Made by a program: the position numbers and the translations under genes. Shown here piece after piece: positions 16,499 through 26,223 of a stretch of 64,000 nt of DNA; position 1 is the first letter of the stretch; each line of letters opens with the position of its first letter. A model generated the notes under the pieces. The model had not been told where the DNA came from, searched no databases, and worked only from the letters and a program-made list of their open reading frames with translations. Source of the stretch: a virus; IMG/VR virus record IMGVR_UViG_3300027754_000044, one strand, 5' to 3'.

Positions 16499-17302
16499 TT
16501 AGTATTGTGCTTTGAGTTTACCTTTAATCTTCTCATAAGATTTCGTATTGAACCGTCTCGCCATGGTTCCTTGTGGACCACTTTTACGTTTTGGTTCTGG
16601 TTTTTTCATGTCGGCTGCAGTTTCATCTTCACCTTCTGGATCTTTATAGTCTGCGCCATAAGATTTACCAACAACTTTTCGTATGTTGCTTTTTGGAGCT
16701 TCTTTTTGTTTTGATCCAAATCCATATTTGTCCATAACCGAATCAACTTCACGACGGCTTTGAGCGCCGGATTTCATTGGCGCTTCATCCATCTGTTCGA
16801 CTTCTTCTTTCTTAAGATTAGAATGAAATTTAGTGTTTACTACACTTTTCAAAAAGTTATGAGCACCTTCGCCACCCTTACTTCTACCATAGGGAACTTT
16901 TTTACCATGAAGATCTGCATCGTAGAAATGACCACCATAATCATTATAATGATGAAGAATATTACCTACCTTTTTGTCGTTGTGATGAACTTCATAATGT
17001 TTTTCAATAGCCTTTACTGGTTCGTCTTGATCATCAGTAACATCTTTCGGATGAGTCGTCTTGGTCAATTTCAGTTTATAGCCATGTGCTGCTGCTTCAT
17101 CTATTTGTTCTTCTTCTTTCAACTTAGGCTTTGTATCGACGGTATCTTTCTTAGCGCGCAGAGAAGCAAAATCTGTCTTTTCTAGCTTACCATCTTTATC
17201 GACGTCCAATTTCTTCTGACCGCCTACAAGAGCTTCTTCGACAGCTTTTCTTACCGCATCGATAAGTGAATTGGATAATCCGTAATTTACTGTTGGTTTC
17301 AT
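16499..17302 (-). CDS. Putative internal head protein with repeated protease-site-like motifs
   Basis: LVGGQKKLDVDKDGKL, EEQIDE, EEVEQMDE; highly charged. Confidence 0.6.
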   Translation of the reverse strand: MKPTVNYGLSNSLIDAVRKAVEEALVGGQKKLDVDKDGKLEKTDFASLRAKKDTVDTKPKLKEEEQIDEAAAHGYKLKLTKTTHPKDVTDDQDEPVKAIEKHYEVHHNDKKVGNILHHYNDYGGHFYDADLHGKKVPYGRSKGGEGAHNFLKSVVNTKFHSNLKKEEVEQMDEAPMKSGAQSRREVDSVMDKYGFGSKQKEAPKSNIRKVVGKSYGADYKDPEGEDETAADMKKPEPKRKSGPQGTMARRFNTKSYEKIKGKLKAQY

Positions 17303-17303
17303 A

Positions 17304-17567
17304 TTATTCTCCTTTTGAAATTTCTTGAATGGATTCAAGAAGATCATCAGCTTCTTCGTCTGAGATATCCAAGTCGAAGGACTCTTTCATCTTCTTCTGC
17401 ATTGCTCTACGAGCTAGGGCTTTAGCAGCATCCATCCCTGTTCTATTTTTGTTATTCGCTTTCTTAAAAGAAGATTTTTCATCTGGTTCAAATGGAGGAT
17501 CGTCTTTTTTATGTGATTCTGTTACAACTGATCGTATAACTGAAGCGAGTGTCTTGTAAGTTTGCAT
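17304..17567 (-). CDS. Hypothetical (putative internal head) protein
   Basis: Charged 87-aa ORF in the same operon. Confidence 0.55.
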   Translation of the reverse strand: MQTYKTLASVIRSVVTESHKKDDPPFEPDEKSSFKKANNKNRTGMDAAKALARRAMQKKMKESFDLDISDEEADDLLESIQEISKGE

Positions 17568-17571
17568 TTTC

Positions 17572-20500
17572 TTATTCCTTATCTTGTGAACTTAATTTTG
17601 CAGCAATGGCCATTTGACGTCTTTTTTCGACACTCTTACCTTTAAACTGAGGCGCATCTGATTTTTTAAAATCTTTAATTACATCGCCCATATCAGCAGT
17701 ATTCATATTTAGTATCTCTTGGCATTGTCCAGGTGTTTCTCTTGCGTAATTTTTCGTAAGTTCTGGAGTTCCAAACTCACCAGCTCCACCCTCTTCAGAC
17801 ACAGCTTTTTCTTTCCTTAATTTATGATAACCTTCGCTGCTATTAACTGTACCGCCAGTCTTTTCGGCATGTGCTTTAGCACCTTCGCGCGTTTTGAATA
17901 TTTTTGGATCGGTAAATTCTTTATGTGATATCCAAGAACCAAGGGGATCAGCTTTTGCTTCCGTCACACCTTGTTTTTTTCTAGCACGAACGATCTTGAA
18001 CTCATCATCGCTATCACGCATATTTGCATCAAGAGCATCCTCCGCGTCTTGGCGACCGCGATGCGGGCTTACAATTTTTCCTGTAGTAGTGTTCTTGATG
18101 AAATGTGTTGTGTCGTTTGTGGCACCCAGGTCTGCATACTTGGACACGTTGGTTTCCGCCACACCTTGCTTCTTTTCTTTCTCAGCTTTTTCCTGCTCCG
18201 CGTTATGTCTTGCTAAAGCATCATCGGTCATCTTTTTACGAATAGCCATTTGTTGTATTTTTTTAGCTAAGATTTTATGTGCATTGGATTCTTTAAGATG
18301 ATTACCTACGCCACCCAGAGCTTCAATCTGATCTTTATGCTTATGATACATCTTAGCGTGATGATTTTTTGTCGCTTCTAGTTTAGATTTCTTAGCAACG
18401 TGATATCCTTTAAGGTGAAACTCCATAGCAGAAAGGTGGTCATCTACAGATGTGTCTTTATGCATGAACTTTCTTCCCTTGCCACGACCACCTTGAATCG
18501 TTAGAAGATGATCACCTCTAGCCTCGTGTATTTCTGGAACATACATTTCGATTTCGAATATAGAATCTGCATCTACATCTTCTTTCATACCTTGCTTATT
18601 TTCTTTTGATGCAAGAGCTTTATGCTTCTTGTGTCGTTGAAGGTAATGATTAGCCATAACGCCATTGCCTTGGCTAGTTGCAGCAATATATGCTTTGTGA
18701 GCTAAAGCAGCTAATTCAGAATGACTAGCAACTTCGTCGATCTGTTCTTCTTTTACATCTTGGAGCAGAGATGTTTTACTCACTTTAGGTGCAGGCGAAG
18801 TATTTTCAAAATCTTTTTCAACATATTGATGGTCATGAACTTTATAACCTTGTTTCTTATAATGATTAATTGCAGTATCTATAGCATGTTCACGATCTTT
18901 TGCTGTTACTGAAGCACGTCTTTGCATTGTTTCTTTACGCTTAGAAACCATAGTGTGATTTGGATCAGATATAGTTACATTAACTAAATGTTTTTCGTCA
19001 ATCTGATCGACTTCTTCTCTACGAACATCATAGTGCTGGTCTCCAGTGTATGCACGACGACCAAGTCCACTTCGATCTTTCCGTAATCCAGCAGCGGCTT
19101 TGTTTCTTTCATCTTCAGAACCTGGTGTTCCTTTTGTAGCGATCTTTCTATTCAGCTTTGGATATCCGACTAAAGCGGAAACAGCACGCAATGGTGCTTC
19201 GTCCATCTGTTCGACTTCTTCGTCTTGAACCCCAGTTTCTCTGCGATCATTTCTCCACACAATCCTACCATCTGGAAGACGAACCTTAACACGATTAACA
19301 TCAGCACTTCTCTGAACTTCATCCATCTGTTCGACTTGCTCTTTGATGTGTGCAATATAATCATAGTCGTCCATAGTCAATATACCTTTGTTGCGAATAT
19401 TGATTAATTTTTCTACAACTTTATGCAAATCCATATCACTCTTTAAATCTTCGCGAGCTAATTCCAGAACACGAATCAACAGAGGGATATCCATTACTAC
19501 TGAATCCTTCTCGTTGACAGCTTCCTGTTGATTTGCTAAAAATGAATTGACTGCATCAAAAGCGACGCTTTCATTTCCAGAATCTTTAAGAGCATCTTCA
19601 TAAACTTCAACGACGGCATCTATAGAAACATTATACTTTACTGATTTGTTGTATAGACTCTCTGCAATTTTATCTTCAGCCAAAGGATCATATTGATCCT
19701 TCATCTTTTCTCTAAGCGATGCAAAAGTTTTAGATTCGTGTTGACGAATCATTTTCTTACGCAAAGTCAAATGACCTTCTTCGGGAGTCGGATCCATTTT
19801 ATTAATTTTAAGTGGATCTACTTCAAGGGGGTCGTTTTCAAGAGGATCTTTTGAAATATTTTTTTCCTCATTCTGTGGATTCTTTTTAAGAACTACCATA
19901 GCACGTATCCTAGCGAATGTTTGTGGGTCATCTGTAGCCATCTTTAAAATCTTATCTAACATTGAAAGAATTTTACTGCGCAATTCTGGTGACGATAAAG
20001 CCTTTTCACCAATCTTAAGAGCGCGACGGTATTTTTCGATTTCATCTTGATCAACTAGACCAAGACGAAGAAGCATATTAACTTTTGGTGTCAGTAGATG
20101 ATCGTTGTTAGTTGAAATATAATCTGGATCTTCTTTAACATCATAAGACTGATATAAAGATTTTGACTGTGCTGGCATAGTTACATTTTGCCCCCGCGCT
20201 TTGGCAAGACGTGTCATTTCCTTCTTACGAATCATCGGAAGAGTTCTCTTGGATAATGTTCCGACTAGTTTATCTAGATTTTTTCCATATCTTGCCTGCA
20301 CAGCTTTATCTATAGCATATCTTTGCGATGGTGGAAGTTTGTGATATGACAAACCTTTTTGTCCAGCAATACGTTTACGCAGCATCATAAGCGCAGATGT
20401 TCTAGCGCGATAAGTTAATCTCTGAGGAGTAGCCATACGTTTGCGTTTCAGTTCGCGCATTCTTTTCATGCGTGGCTGACGCTGTTTGAATTTCATTTTT

Positions 20501-21342
20501 GCTCTTTGGCGCTGCAGGATCGAAAGAACGCGGCTCTCATCTAGATCTTCTTCGATAGATTCTCCGACCAACGTTTCTATGAAGTCAGAATCATTTTCAT
20601 TTGGATCTAAATCACTGAAACTTGTTTGATCAACAACATTCCAAAGCTCTGCATCTGAAAATGATTCACTATCTTCAATCATAAATTTTTCGAATAGATT
20701 GTCCAATGATTCCATTTCTAACCCCTCATTCTTTTTAGTCTTTTGTCCGTTTCTAACATCGTTCATTAAGTCTTTGGTATGCGAATCAGAAACATGAGAA
20801 GGAACGCCTTTACGGAATTCTTTGAAATTACCAGAAGCTGCATGTTCGCGTTGCTTGGTTGCGCTAACGCCGGATGTGCCCTCTGCATCTGGATCTCTTT
20901 CCCCAGCAGAATGAATTGTTATCTTTTTAAATTTGTAATATCCGTGACCTGCTTTTTTACCATTATAAGCATTCGTCAATTTACTCATCTCATCGTGGCG
21001 ATCAGACCCAGCAACGATATGAGCGTGCGTAACTCCAGCTTTGTGCAATGATGAAAGATGATGAAGAATCGTTGGATGTTCTTTAGACGAAGCAACGACA
21101 TTAGTTTCTGATGAAAATCTTTTAAGATGTTTCTTTTTCTGATCAGAAGATAACGGATTCTTTTTAGGATCCTGTGAATGCGACACAACAACTGAATGAT
21201 CTGCACTATGATCTTTTGCGACTGCATGAACCTTGTCAATCAACTGCATATGTCCTGTTGTTGGAGGATTCATACGCGTGAATGCAGTCACATGATGTTG
21301 ATCTGCTTTAGTTGATTCTGATAATTGAAAAAGTGTTTTCAT
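17572..21342 (-). CDS. Large modular protein with an N-terminal cytidylyltransferase-like (HIGH superfamily) domain
   Basis: AFTRMNPPTTGH, SHSQDPKKNPL, VAGSDR, SAGERDPDAEG..GVSATK; about 1000 aa of charged modules follow. Confidence 0.8.
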   Translation of the reverse strand: MKTLFQLSESTKADQHHVTAFTRMNPPTTGHMQLIDKVHAVAKDHSADHSVVVSHSQDPKKNPLSSDQKKKHLKRFSSETNVVASSKEHPTILHHLSSLHKAGVTHAHIVAGSDRHDEMSKLTNAYNGKKAGHGYYKFKKITIHSAGERDPDAEGTSGVSATKQREHAASGNFKEFRKGVPSHVSDSHTKDLMNDVRNGQKTKKNEGLEMESLDNLFEKFMIEDSESFSDAELWNVVDQTSFSDLDPNENDSDFIETLVGESIEEDLDESRVLSILQRQRAKMKFKQRQPRMKRMRELKRKRMATPQRLTYRARTSALMMLRKRIAGQKGLSYHKLPPSQRYAIDKAVQARYGKNLDKLVGTLSKRTLPMIRKKEMTRLAKARGQNVTMPAQSKSLYQSYDVKEDPDYISTNNDHLLTPKVNMLLRLGLVDQDEIEKYRRALKIGEKALSSPELRSKILSMLDKILKMATDDPQTFARIRAMVVLKKNPQNEEKNISKDPLENDPLEVDPLKINKMDPTPEEGHLTLRKKMIRQHESKTFASLREKMKDQYDPLAEDKIAESLYNKSVKYNVSIDAVVEVYEDALKDSGNESVAFDAVNSFLANQQEAVNEKDSVVMDIPLLIRVLELAREDLKSDMDLHKVVEKLINIRNKGILTMDDYDYIAHIKEQVEQMDEVQRSADVNRVKVRLPDGRIVWRNDRRETGVQDEEVEQMDEAPLRAVSALVGYPKLNRKIATKGTPGSEDERNKAAAGLRKDRSGLGRRAYTGDQHYDVRREEVDQIDEKHLVNVTISDPNHTMVSKRKETMQRRASVTAKDREHAIDTAINHYKKQGYKVHDHQYVEKDFENTSPAPKVSKTSLLQDVKEEQIDEVASHSELAALAHKAYIAATSQGNGVMANHYLQRHKKHKALASKENKQGMKEDVDADSIFEIEMYVPEIHEARGDHLLTIQGGRGKGRKFMHKDTSVDDHLSAMEFHLKGYHVAKKSKLEATKNHHAKMYHKHKDQIEALGGVGNHLKESNAHKILAKKIQQMAIRKKMTDDALARHNAEQEKAEKEKKQGVAETNVSKYADLGATNDTTHFIKNTTTGKIVSPHRGRQDAEDALDANMRDSDDEFKIVRARKKQGVTEAKADPLGSWISHKEFTDPKIFKTREGAKAHAEKTGGTVNSSEGYHKLRKEKAVSEEGGAGEFGTPELTKNYARETPGQCQEILNMNTADMGDVIKDFKKSDAPQFKGKSVEKRRQMAIAAKLSSQDKE

Positions 21343-22478
21343 TTCTTTTTAAACTTATCAGATGCTTTTAAATTGGCTGCTGAGAATCCTGCACGATCAA
21401 CAACCTTAAGTCCATTCGCTACATAGCCTTCACCACCGCTTTTGTTTCCTTCGATGGAAGTTTGGAATGGGTGTTTGGATGCAGCATCTAATCCTCTAGC
21501 TAAATGATTAGTAGCTTGTTGAACGTGATGGTGAATATTAAAGGAACGTTGAAACGCACCTTTATGCTTATCTACGTGTGATAGAGAATTATTTTTCTCA
21601 TCGGTTTTAATAGCCTTTGTTTTTTCCATCTTAACTGCAGCGATCTGCTTATCGTGATGAGCAGCCAGGTGAGCTTTATATGCTGGGACGCTAGGAGTTT
21701 CTCCGGAACGAACAGTTGAGTTTATGTATGTTCTTAGATGACCTTCATGACCAGCCAGATGACCATATGTGTGATCCTTCATTAACTTCTCAGCTTCTTT
21801 AACGTGATGGTCTACAGCTTTTTGATGTTCTGGTGATAACTTGCGCTCATCTTTTCCAACGATGTGATCTACCTGATGCACGTCTGGATGACTACCAAAA
21901 CCTTTGGCTTCAGTAATAGAAATCGACTCGGTAATAGGATGAGCACGACCTTCTGCATCTATTTTTGTATGAATGACTGTGCTTACTTTAGATTTCTTAA
22001 GTTTCTTACCTTCTTCAGATTTAGCATCAGTTTCGTATTTTAGAGTGTTTGGTGTATGTGAAATCTTTCCACCAGATGTAGCTCTTGTTTCTGGAGTGCT
22101 CATAAAGCCGCCCTGATATTCGCCATGACCTTTTGGAAGAACTTTTCCAACGTGGCTCAGAAGAGCATGAAGCGGATGAGCAAGATATGGCTTATGACCA
22201 TGTTGCTTATCAATATCTGAATGAGAGAAATTGTAATGTGATCCTGCGCCCTTGTATTTAACTCCAACGCGACCATTTTTATCTCGAATCGCTTGATAAG
22301 ACATCTTATCGTCGATCTTACGGGTGATTGGAGTTTTACCTGAAGCCACGCTCTTGATAGTATTGAGAGCGTGATGAGCAGCGTCCGGACCGTCGAATGT
22401 TCGATCGGATGGGTGCTCTATATGTGATATTCCTCGCTGTTGTGCTGCTTCAGCGAGGAAACTAGTAAATCTTAGCAT
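21339..22478 (-). CDS. Conserved T4-like protein (DUF6267-like) with ligase-like motifs
   Basis: MLRFTSFLAE; HIEHP; KIDD; YQG; TPNTLKY; EGYV; LKVVDRAGFSAAN. Confidence 0.65.
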   Translation of the reverse strand: MLRFTSFLAEAAQQRGISHIEHPSDRTFDGPDAAHHALNTIKSVASGKTPITRKIDDKMSYQAIRDKNGRVGVKYKGAGSHYNFSHSDIDKQHGHKPYLAHPLHALLSHVGKVLPKGHGEYQGGFMSTPETRATSGGKISHTPNTLKYETDAKSEEGKKLKKSKVSTVIHTKIDAEGRAHPITESISITEAKGFGSHPDVHQVDHIVGKDERKLSPEHQKAVDHHVKEAEKLMKDHTYGHLAGHEGHLRTYINSTVRSGETPSVPAYKAHLAAHHDKQIAAVKMEKTKAIKTDEKNNSLSHVDKHKGAFQRSFNIHHHVQQATNHLARGLDAASKHPFQTSIEGNKSGGEGYVANGLKVVDRAGFSAANLKASDKFKKK

Positions 22479-22531
22479 ATTATATCCTTGTTCGCAGGTT
22501 TACCTAAGCCTAACTGCGGTTAATCATGATC

Positions 22532-22539
22532 TATTTATA
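22532..22539 (-). promoter_or_regulatory. T4-type late promoter
   Basis: TATAAATA. Confidence 0.7.
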
Positions 22540-22550
22540 ATATCAAAAAT

Positions 22551-23465
22551 CTACCAAGGGTCTCCTGACAATTTTAAAGAAGAAGCCATTTTTTCTGACT
22601 CAAATTTAAATCTTATTTTCATAATTTTTTTACTACCAGCTTCAACTCCAATCGATTCATTTCCAACTTTTGATAATTTTATAGGATATTTACTTAATGC
22701 GGAAAGTTTTGGATTATTCACTGGGTCCATAACAATCGCTTGATATGGTGGTTTATTTCCTTGACCAGTAACTTTAATGTATGGTGGTGCAATTACTTCC
22801 GCGTCCATCCAATCTGATAGAAGATATTTTTTCAAATCAGATTGTTTCATTTTACTAAGTTTGAAAATTAATTCGTCGCGCATATCAGAAAGAAGTTTTA
22901 CACCGATTTTCTCCGTTTTTTCTTTAATACCCGGATTTGATCTAATATATTCTTTTCTCTTTTGAGCTGAATCGGGTAATGATAATTTCTTAATTGTTTC
23001 ACTTAGAAGTTTATCGTAAGCATCCGATAATTTCATTTTTAAATTTCTATCGACAGTACCTACTCCAGGATTCTTAAAACCGATATCCCCTTTACCTTGT
23101 GTAGCTTTGGCAGATAATCCAAGAAATGCTTTTGATGGACCACTAGTAAACTTCACTAGGATATCTGTCGGATTTTTTTTCTGATCAACAGATTCACCAT
23201 AGGCAGAAGACATTGATCCAGGTCTAGCAGTCCACCACACACCTTTTATTGAACCACCATATCCATTACTTTTTGCCCAACTGATAAATTCCTTTGCCAT
23301 TACTATGGCTTTATTTTGTGCATCATTAACTTCTTCTGGTTGCGCCTGAATAATTCTCTGCTGATATTGCATCTTTGCTTCATTGCTATACCATTTATTA
23401 TTATTTAAAACATAGCCAGTATAAATTTCATTAATATCAGATAATACAGTATTTGGAGTTGCCAT
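22551..23465 (-). CDS. Putative PD-(D/E)XK-type nuclease
   Basis: N-terminal DINE helix; PTDILVKF...FLGLSAK (D...SxK variant); Lys-rich. Confidence 0.5.
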   Translation of the reverse strand: MATPNTVLSDINEIYTGYVLNNNKWYSNEAKMQYQQRIIQAQPEEVNDAQNKAIVMAKEFISWAKSNGYGGSIKGVWWTARPGSMSSAYGESVDQKKNPTDILVKFTSGPSKAFLGLSAKATQGKGDIGFKNPGVGTVDRNLKMKLSDAYDKLLSETIKKLSLPDSAQKRKEYIRSNPGIKEKTEKIGVKLLSDMRDELIFKLSKMKQSDLKKYLLSDWMDAEVIAPPYIKVTGQGNKPPYQAIVMDPVNNPKLSALSKYPIKLSKVGNESIGVEAGSKKIMKIRFKFESEKMASSLKLSGDPW

Positions 23466-23469
23466 AGCA

Positions 23470-24081
23470 CTATCCTCCGTATCTAGTAATCGAACCATTC
23501 TCGTGTATCAAGAATGCTTCGAAATTAACTTTTGGAAATTCTCTTTTGAGCGCAAGGAATGATTGGAGATTTTTTACAGCGTCATCAAACATTCTTGCAA
23601 CTGTATAATTTCCTTTTTGTAGATACTCAGAAGTGATCTGTGCTTTTGCAGCAGGACCAGGAAGATCTCTATTACCCGCACGTTCAACATGAACACGATT
23701 AATATCGAATCCATATTTTTTAAATGTAGCTAGGAATAGTTTTTTATCATCTAGATCAGCTCTAGCTGTGATGATAATGATTTTTTTCTGAGGACTGTCT
23801 CTGAATTTACTCAGCATCTTCTTTGCTGTTTTAAATACAGTATCGACAGGACGCGCAGTGGCGTTGAATACTTCAGCCGAACGAAACTCGGAGAAGTCGA
23901 ATTCTTCTCCAGATTTTAATTTGTAGACATTAAATTCTGCTGGTGTTAATGTTCTAACACGTCTATCACCTTTTACAACGAACACTTTGGTTGTTGTATG
24001 GAAAAGTGTATCGTCTATGTCAAAAATAGAAAGCGAACTTGCTCTCATATCTTCTGCGATGAATTCTGTGAATTTTAACAT
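23470..24081 (-). CDS. HAD-superfamily phosphatase with a capsid-targeting-like N terminus
   Basis: MLKFTEFIAE; FDIDDTL motif I, ITAR motif II, K, FDD motif IV. Confidence 0.8.
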   Translation of the reverse strand: MLKFTEFIAEDMRASSLSIFDIDDTLFHTTTKVFVVKGDRRVRTLTPAEFNVYKLKSGEEFDFSEFRSAEVFNATARPVDTVFKTAKKMLSKFRDSPQKKIIIITARADLDDKKLFLATFKKYGFDINRVHVERAGNRDLPGPAAKAQITSEYLQKGNYTVARMFDDAVKNLQSFLALKREFPKVNFEAFLIHENGSITRYGG

Positions 24082-24086
24082 ACACT

Positions 24087-24094
24087 TATTTATA
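24087..24094 (-). promoter_or_regulatory. T4-type late promoter
   Basis: TATAAATA immediately upstream of the HAD gene. Confidence 0.65.
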
Positions 24095-24106
24095 ATACCA
24101 AAAGGG

Positions 24107-24607
24107 CTATTTTTTCTTATGTATGAATTTTGTGTTTCCTGTTTCTTCGGCCCATGAAATAATTAGACTTCTTTGTAGTTTGTATGCTTCTTTTTCCCAA
24201 GGCAGATCTTCGTAATCAGTTTTCTCTACATTAATCTTTCTTCGTTTCCATCTAGTAATTTCTGGGCGATAAGCATAATCATAAAGTTCACCTTTGGCGA
24301 ATTGTTTCATATGCACCAATTCGTGGCTTAATGTAGTGAATTGCTGGAATCTTGTCATGCTAGAATCTATGCGTATCGTAAACAATCTTGGCGGAGAGCT
24401 ATCATCTTCCCAGCCACAATCTCCATAAACGAACTCTTTTTTACAGAGATCCTTACAGAATATTAGATGTATAGATATTACTTCTGAAAGTCGACTACCC
24501 AGAAGATGAGTGGATATCCATCGTGTAGCTGATCTAAATTGCTTTAGAGTTCCTTTCGGAGCATTTCGCACAGATAATGATACAGAATTCCTCATCAGAC
24601 TCTCCAT
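24107..24607 (-). CDS. Putative zinc metallopeptidase
   Basis: TLSHELVHMKQ (HExxH); PWEKEAY. Confidence 0.7.
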   Translation of the reverse strand: MESLMRNSVSLSVRNAPKGTLKQFRSATRWISTHLLGSRLSEVISIHLIFCKDLCKKEFVYGDCGWEDDSSPPRLFTIRIDSSMTRFQQFTTLSHELVHMKQFAKGELYDYAYRPEITRWKRRKINVEKTDYEDLPWEKEAYKLQRSLIISWAEETGNTKFIHKKK

Positions 24608-24619
24608 GAAGATATATCA

Positions 24620-24799
24620 CTATTTATTATTCTCCGCATCTTCATCTTCGTATTCTGGGGGCTTATACCAAATTTCATCAATGATTTTCTGGATATAACC
24701 CTCATCTTCTTCAACCCAACACCTTTTTTGGCTTTTAGCAAAACTACGACTAGATCCTTCGTCTGATTCGTAGCGTTCTTTTCTCCAAGTTTTTCCCAT
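24620..24799 (-). CDS. Small acidic hypothetical protein (59 aa, not in the ORF track)
   Basis: Manual translation MGKTWRKERYESDEG...EYEDEDAENNK; fills the gap. Confidence 0.55.
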   Translation of the reverse strand: MGKTWRKERYESDEGSSRSFAKSQKRCWVEEDEGYIQKIIDEIWYKPPEYEDEDAENNK

Positions 24800-24807
24800 A
24801 TTACACC

Positions 24808-26223
24808 CTATTTAAATCCGCTGAAGTCTTTACGACCCATTTTTTTAGTAGCCCAACGCATAGAATCATCTTCATTCATACGCGCACCAAATTTACTTTT
24901 ATCAAACGCTGGCTTATCTACGATGAGATCTTCCTGCGCTGATTGCTCAACATCATATAATCTAAACTTAGATCTATCAATACCGACAACGAACTTAGAA
25001 TGAAGCGTGAGATCGTTGTATCGATTCTTTAATTGCTTAATCATCAATTGATTTAAATTTTGTAGTTCTTCCGATGATATAAGTGCTATCATGAAGTCTG
25101 CTGTGGCTGGAAGACCAAAGGATTCTGAGGTGTCAGTTAAATCCGGATCTGAGTTACTAAAACCAGATCGAGTTGTTTGTGTTGCGCTAACGATAGGAAC
25201 ATTGAATTCAACTGCTAATCCTCTCAATTCTTCTGCGATAGATTTAATATAAGTGTAACTATTTATATTTGCTCCGGGTTTAACTCTCGAAGACATAGAG
25301 ATATTCAGATAATCTAGGTAGATAATATCTGGCTTGAAGGTTCGCTTTAGATTTAGTTCATTGAGTAGATGGCGGAAATGCCCAACGTGAGCAGTTGCTG
25401 TTGGATATTCCTTTACGATGAGTTTTCCGGAAGTTTTAGAACGAACTTTAGAAACTTTCGTTTCATACATATCTTTCGAAAGATTGGCTAGATCTTCACA
25501 AGCTACGTTCAAAAGATTTGCATCAATACGTTCTGCGATCTTTTCTTCGGCCATTTCCATAGTCAGATAAAGAACATTTTTTCCGAGCATCATATTGGAC
25601 GCAGCCAAATGACACATCGCTAGAGTCTTACCTACTCCAGTTCCAGCCATAATGATATTCAACGACTTCTTAGAAAATCCGCCGCGAGTTATCTTATTCA
25701 TCATATCCAGATCGAAAGGAACTTTCTCTTCGACGCGATGATAAAAATCATATCGCTCAGCAAAGTCCTCTAGAAAATCATGGCCAATATGATTGTCGAA
25801 AGAGATAGCAAGAGCATCAGTCAATATCTGTGGTATATTTCCTTTATCCTGATGCTTTTCTTTTCCGTCAAGAATATGAATGCTATCCATAATAGCATTA
25901 TATACAGCTTTCTCCTGACAGAATTTCTCAGTTGTATTGAGCAACCAAGTTTCGTCTATCTTTTCTGGAGGAGTTAAGGCGTCGATGAGTTCTGAAGATT
26001 GCTTATGCTCAGACTCACCAACTCCGGTCAAATTATTTAACTCAATTGAAAGTGCTTCTTTTGTGGGTAGTGAATTATATTTTGAAACGAAAGACTCGAT
26101 CTGTTTAAAAACGAGCCTTTCGCTTGAATCTACAAAATACTTTTCTTTAAGAAAGGGAATAACTTTTCGTGCATAACTATCATCATGCAATAGATGATTC
26201 AGTATCGTCGATTCGATTCTCAT
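24808..26223 (-). CDS. gp41: Replicative DNA helicase (T4 gp41-like)
   Basis: AGTGVGKT Walker A; YLDYLN; SATQTTR; SESFGLPATAD; KQLKNRY. Confidence 0.96.
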   Translation of the reverse strand: MRIESTILNHLLHDDSYARKVIPFLKEKYFVDSSERLVFKQIESFVSKYNSLPTKEALSIELNNLTGVGESEHKQSSELIDALTPPEKIDETWLLNTTEKFCQEKAVYNAIMDSIHILDGKEKHQDKGNIPQILTDALAISFDNHIGHDFLEDFAERYDFYHRVEEKVPFDLDMMNKITRGGFSKKSLNIIMAGTGVGKTLAMCHLAASNMMLGKNVLYLTMEMAEEKIAERIDANLLNVACEDLANLSKDMYETKVSKVRSKTSGKLIVKEYPTATAHVGHFRHLLNELNLKRTFKPDIIYLDYLNISMSSRVKPGANINSYTYIKSIAEELRGLAVEFNVPIVSATQTTRSGFSNSDPDLTDTSESFGLPATADFMIALISSEELQNLNQLMIKQLKNRYNDLTLHSKFVVGIDRSKFRLYDVEQSAQEDLIVDKPAFDKSKFGARMNEDDSMRWATKKMGRKDFSGFK

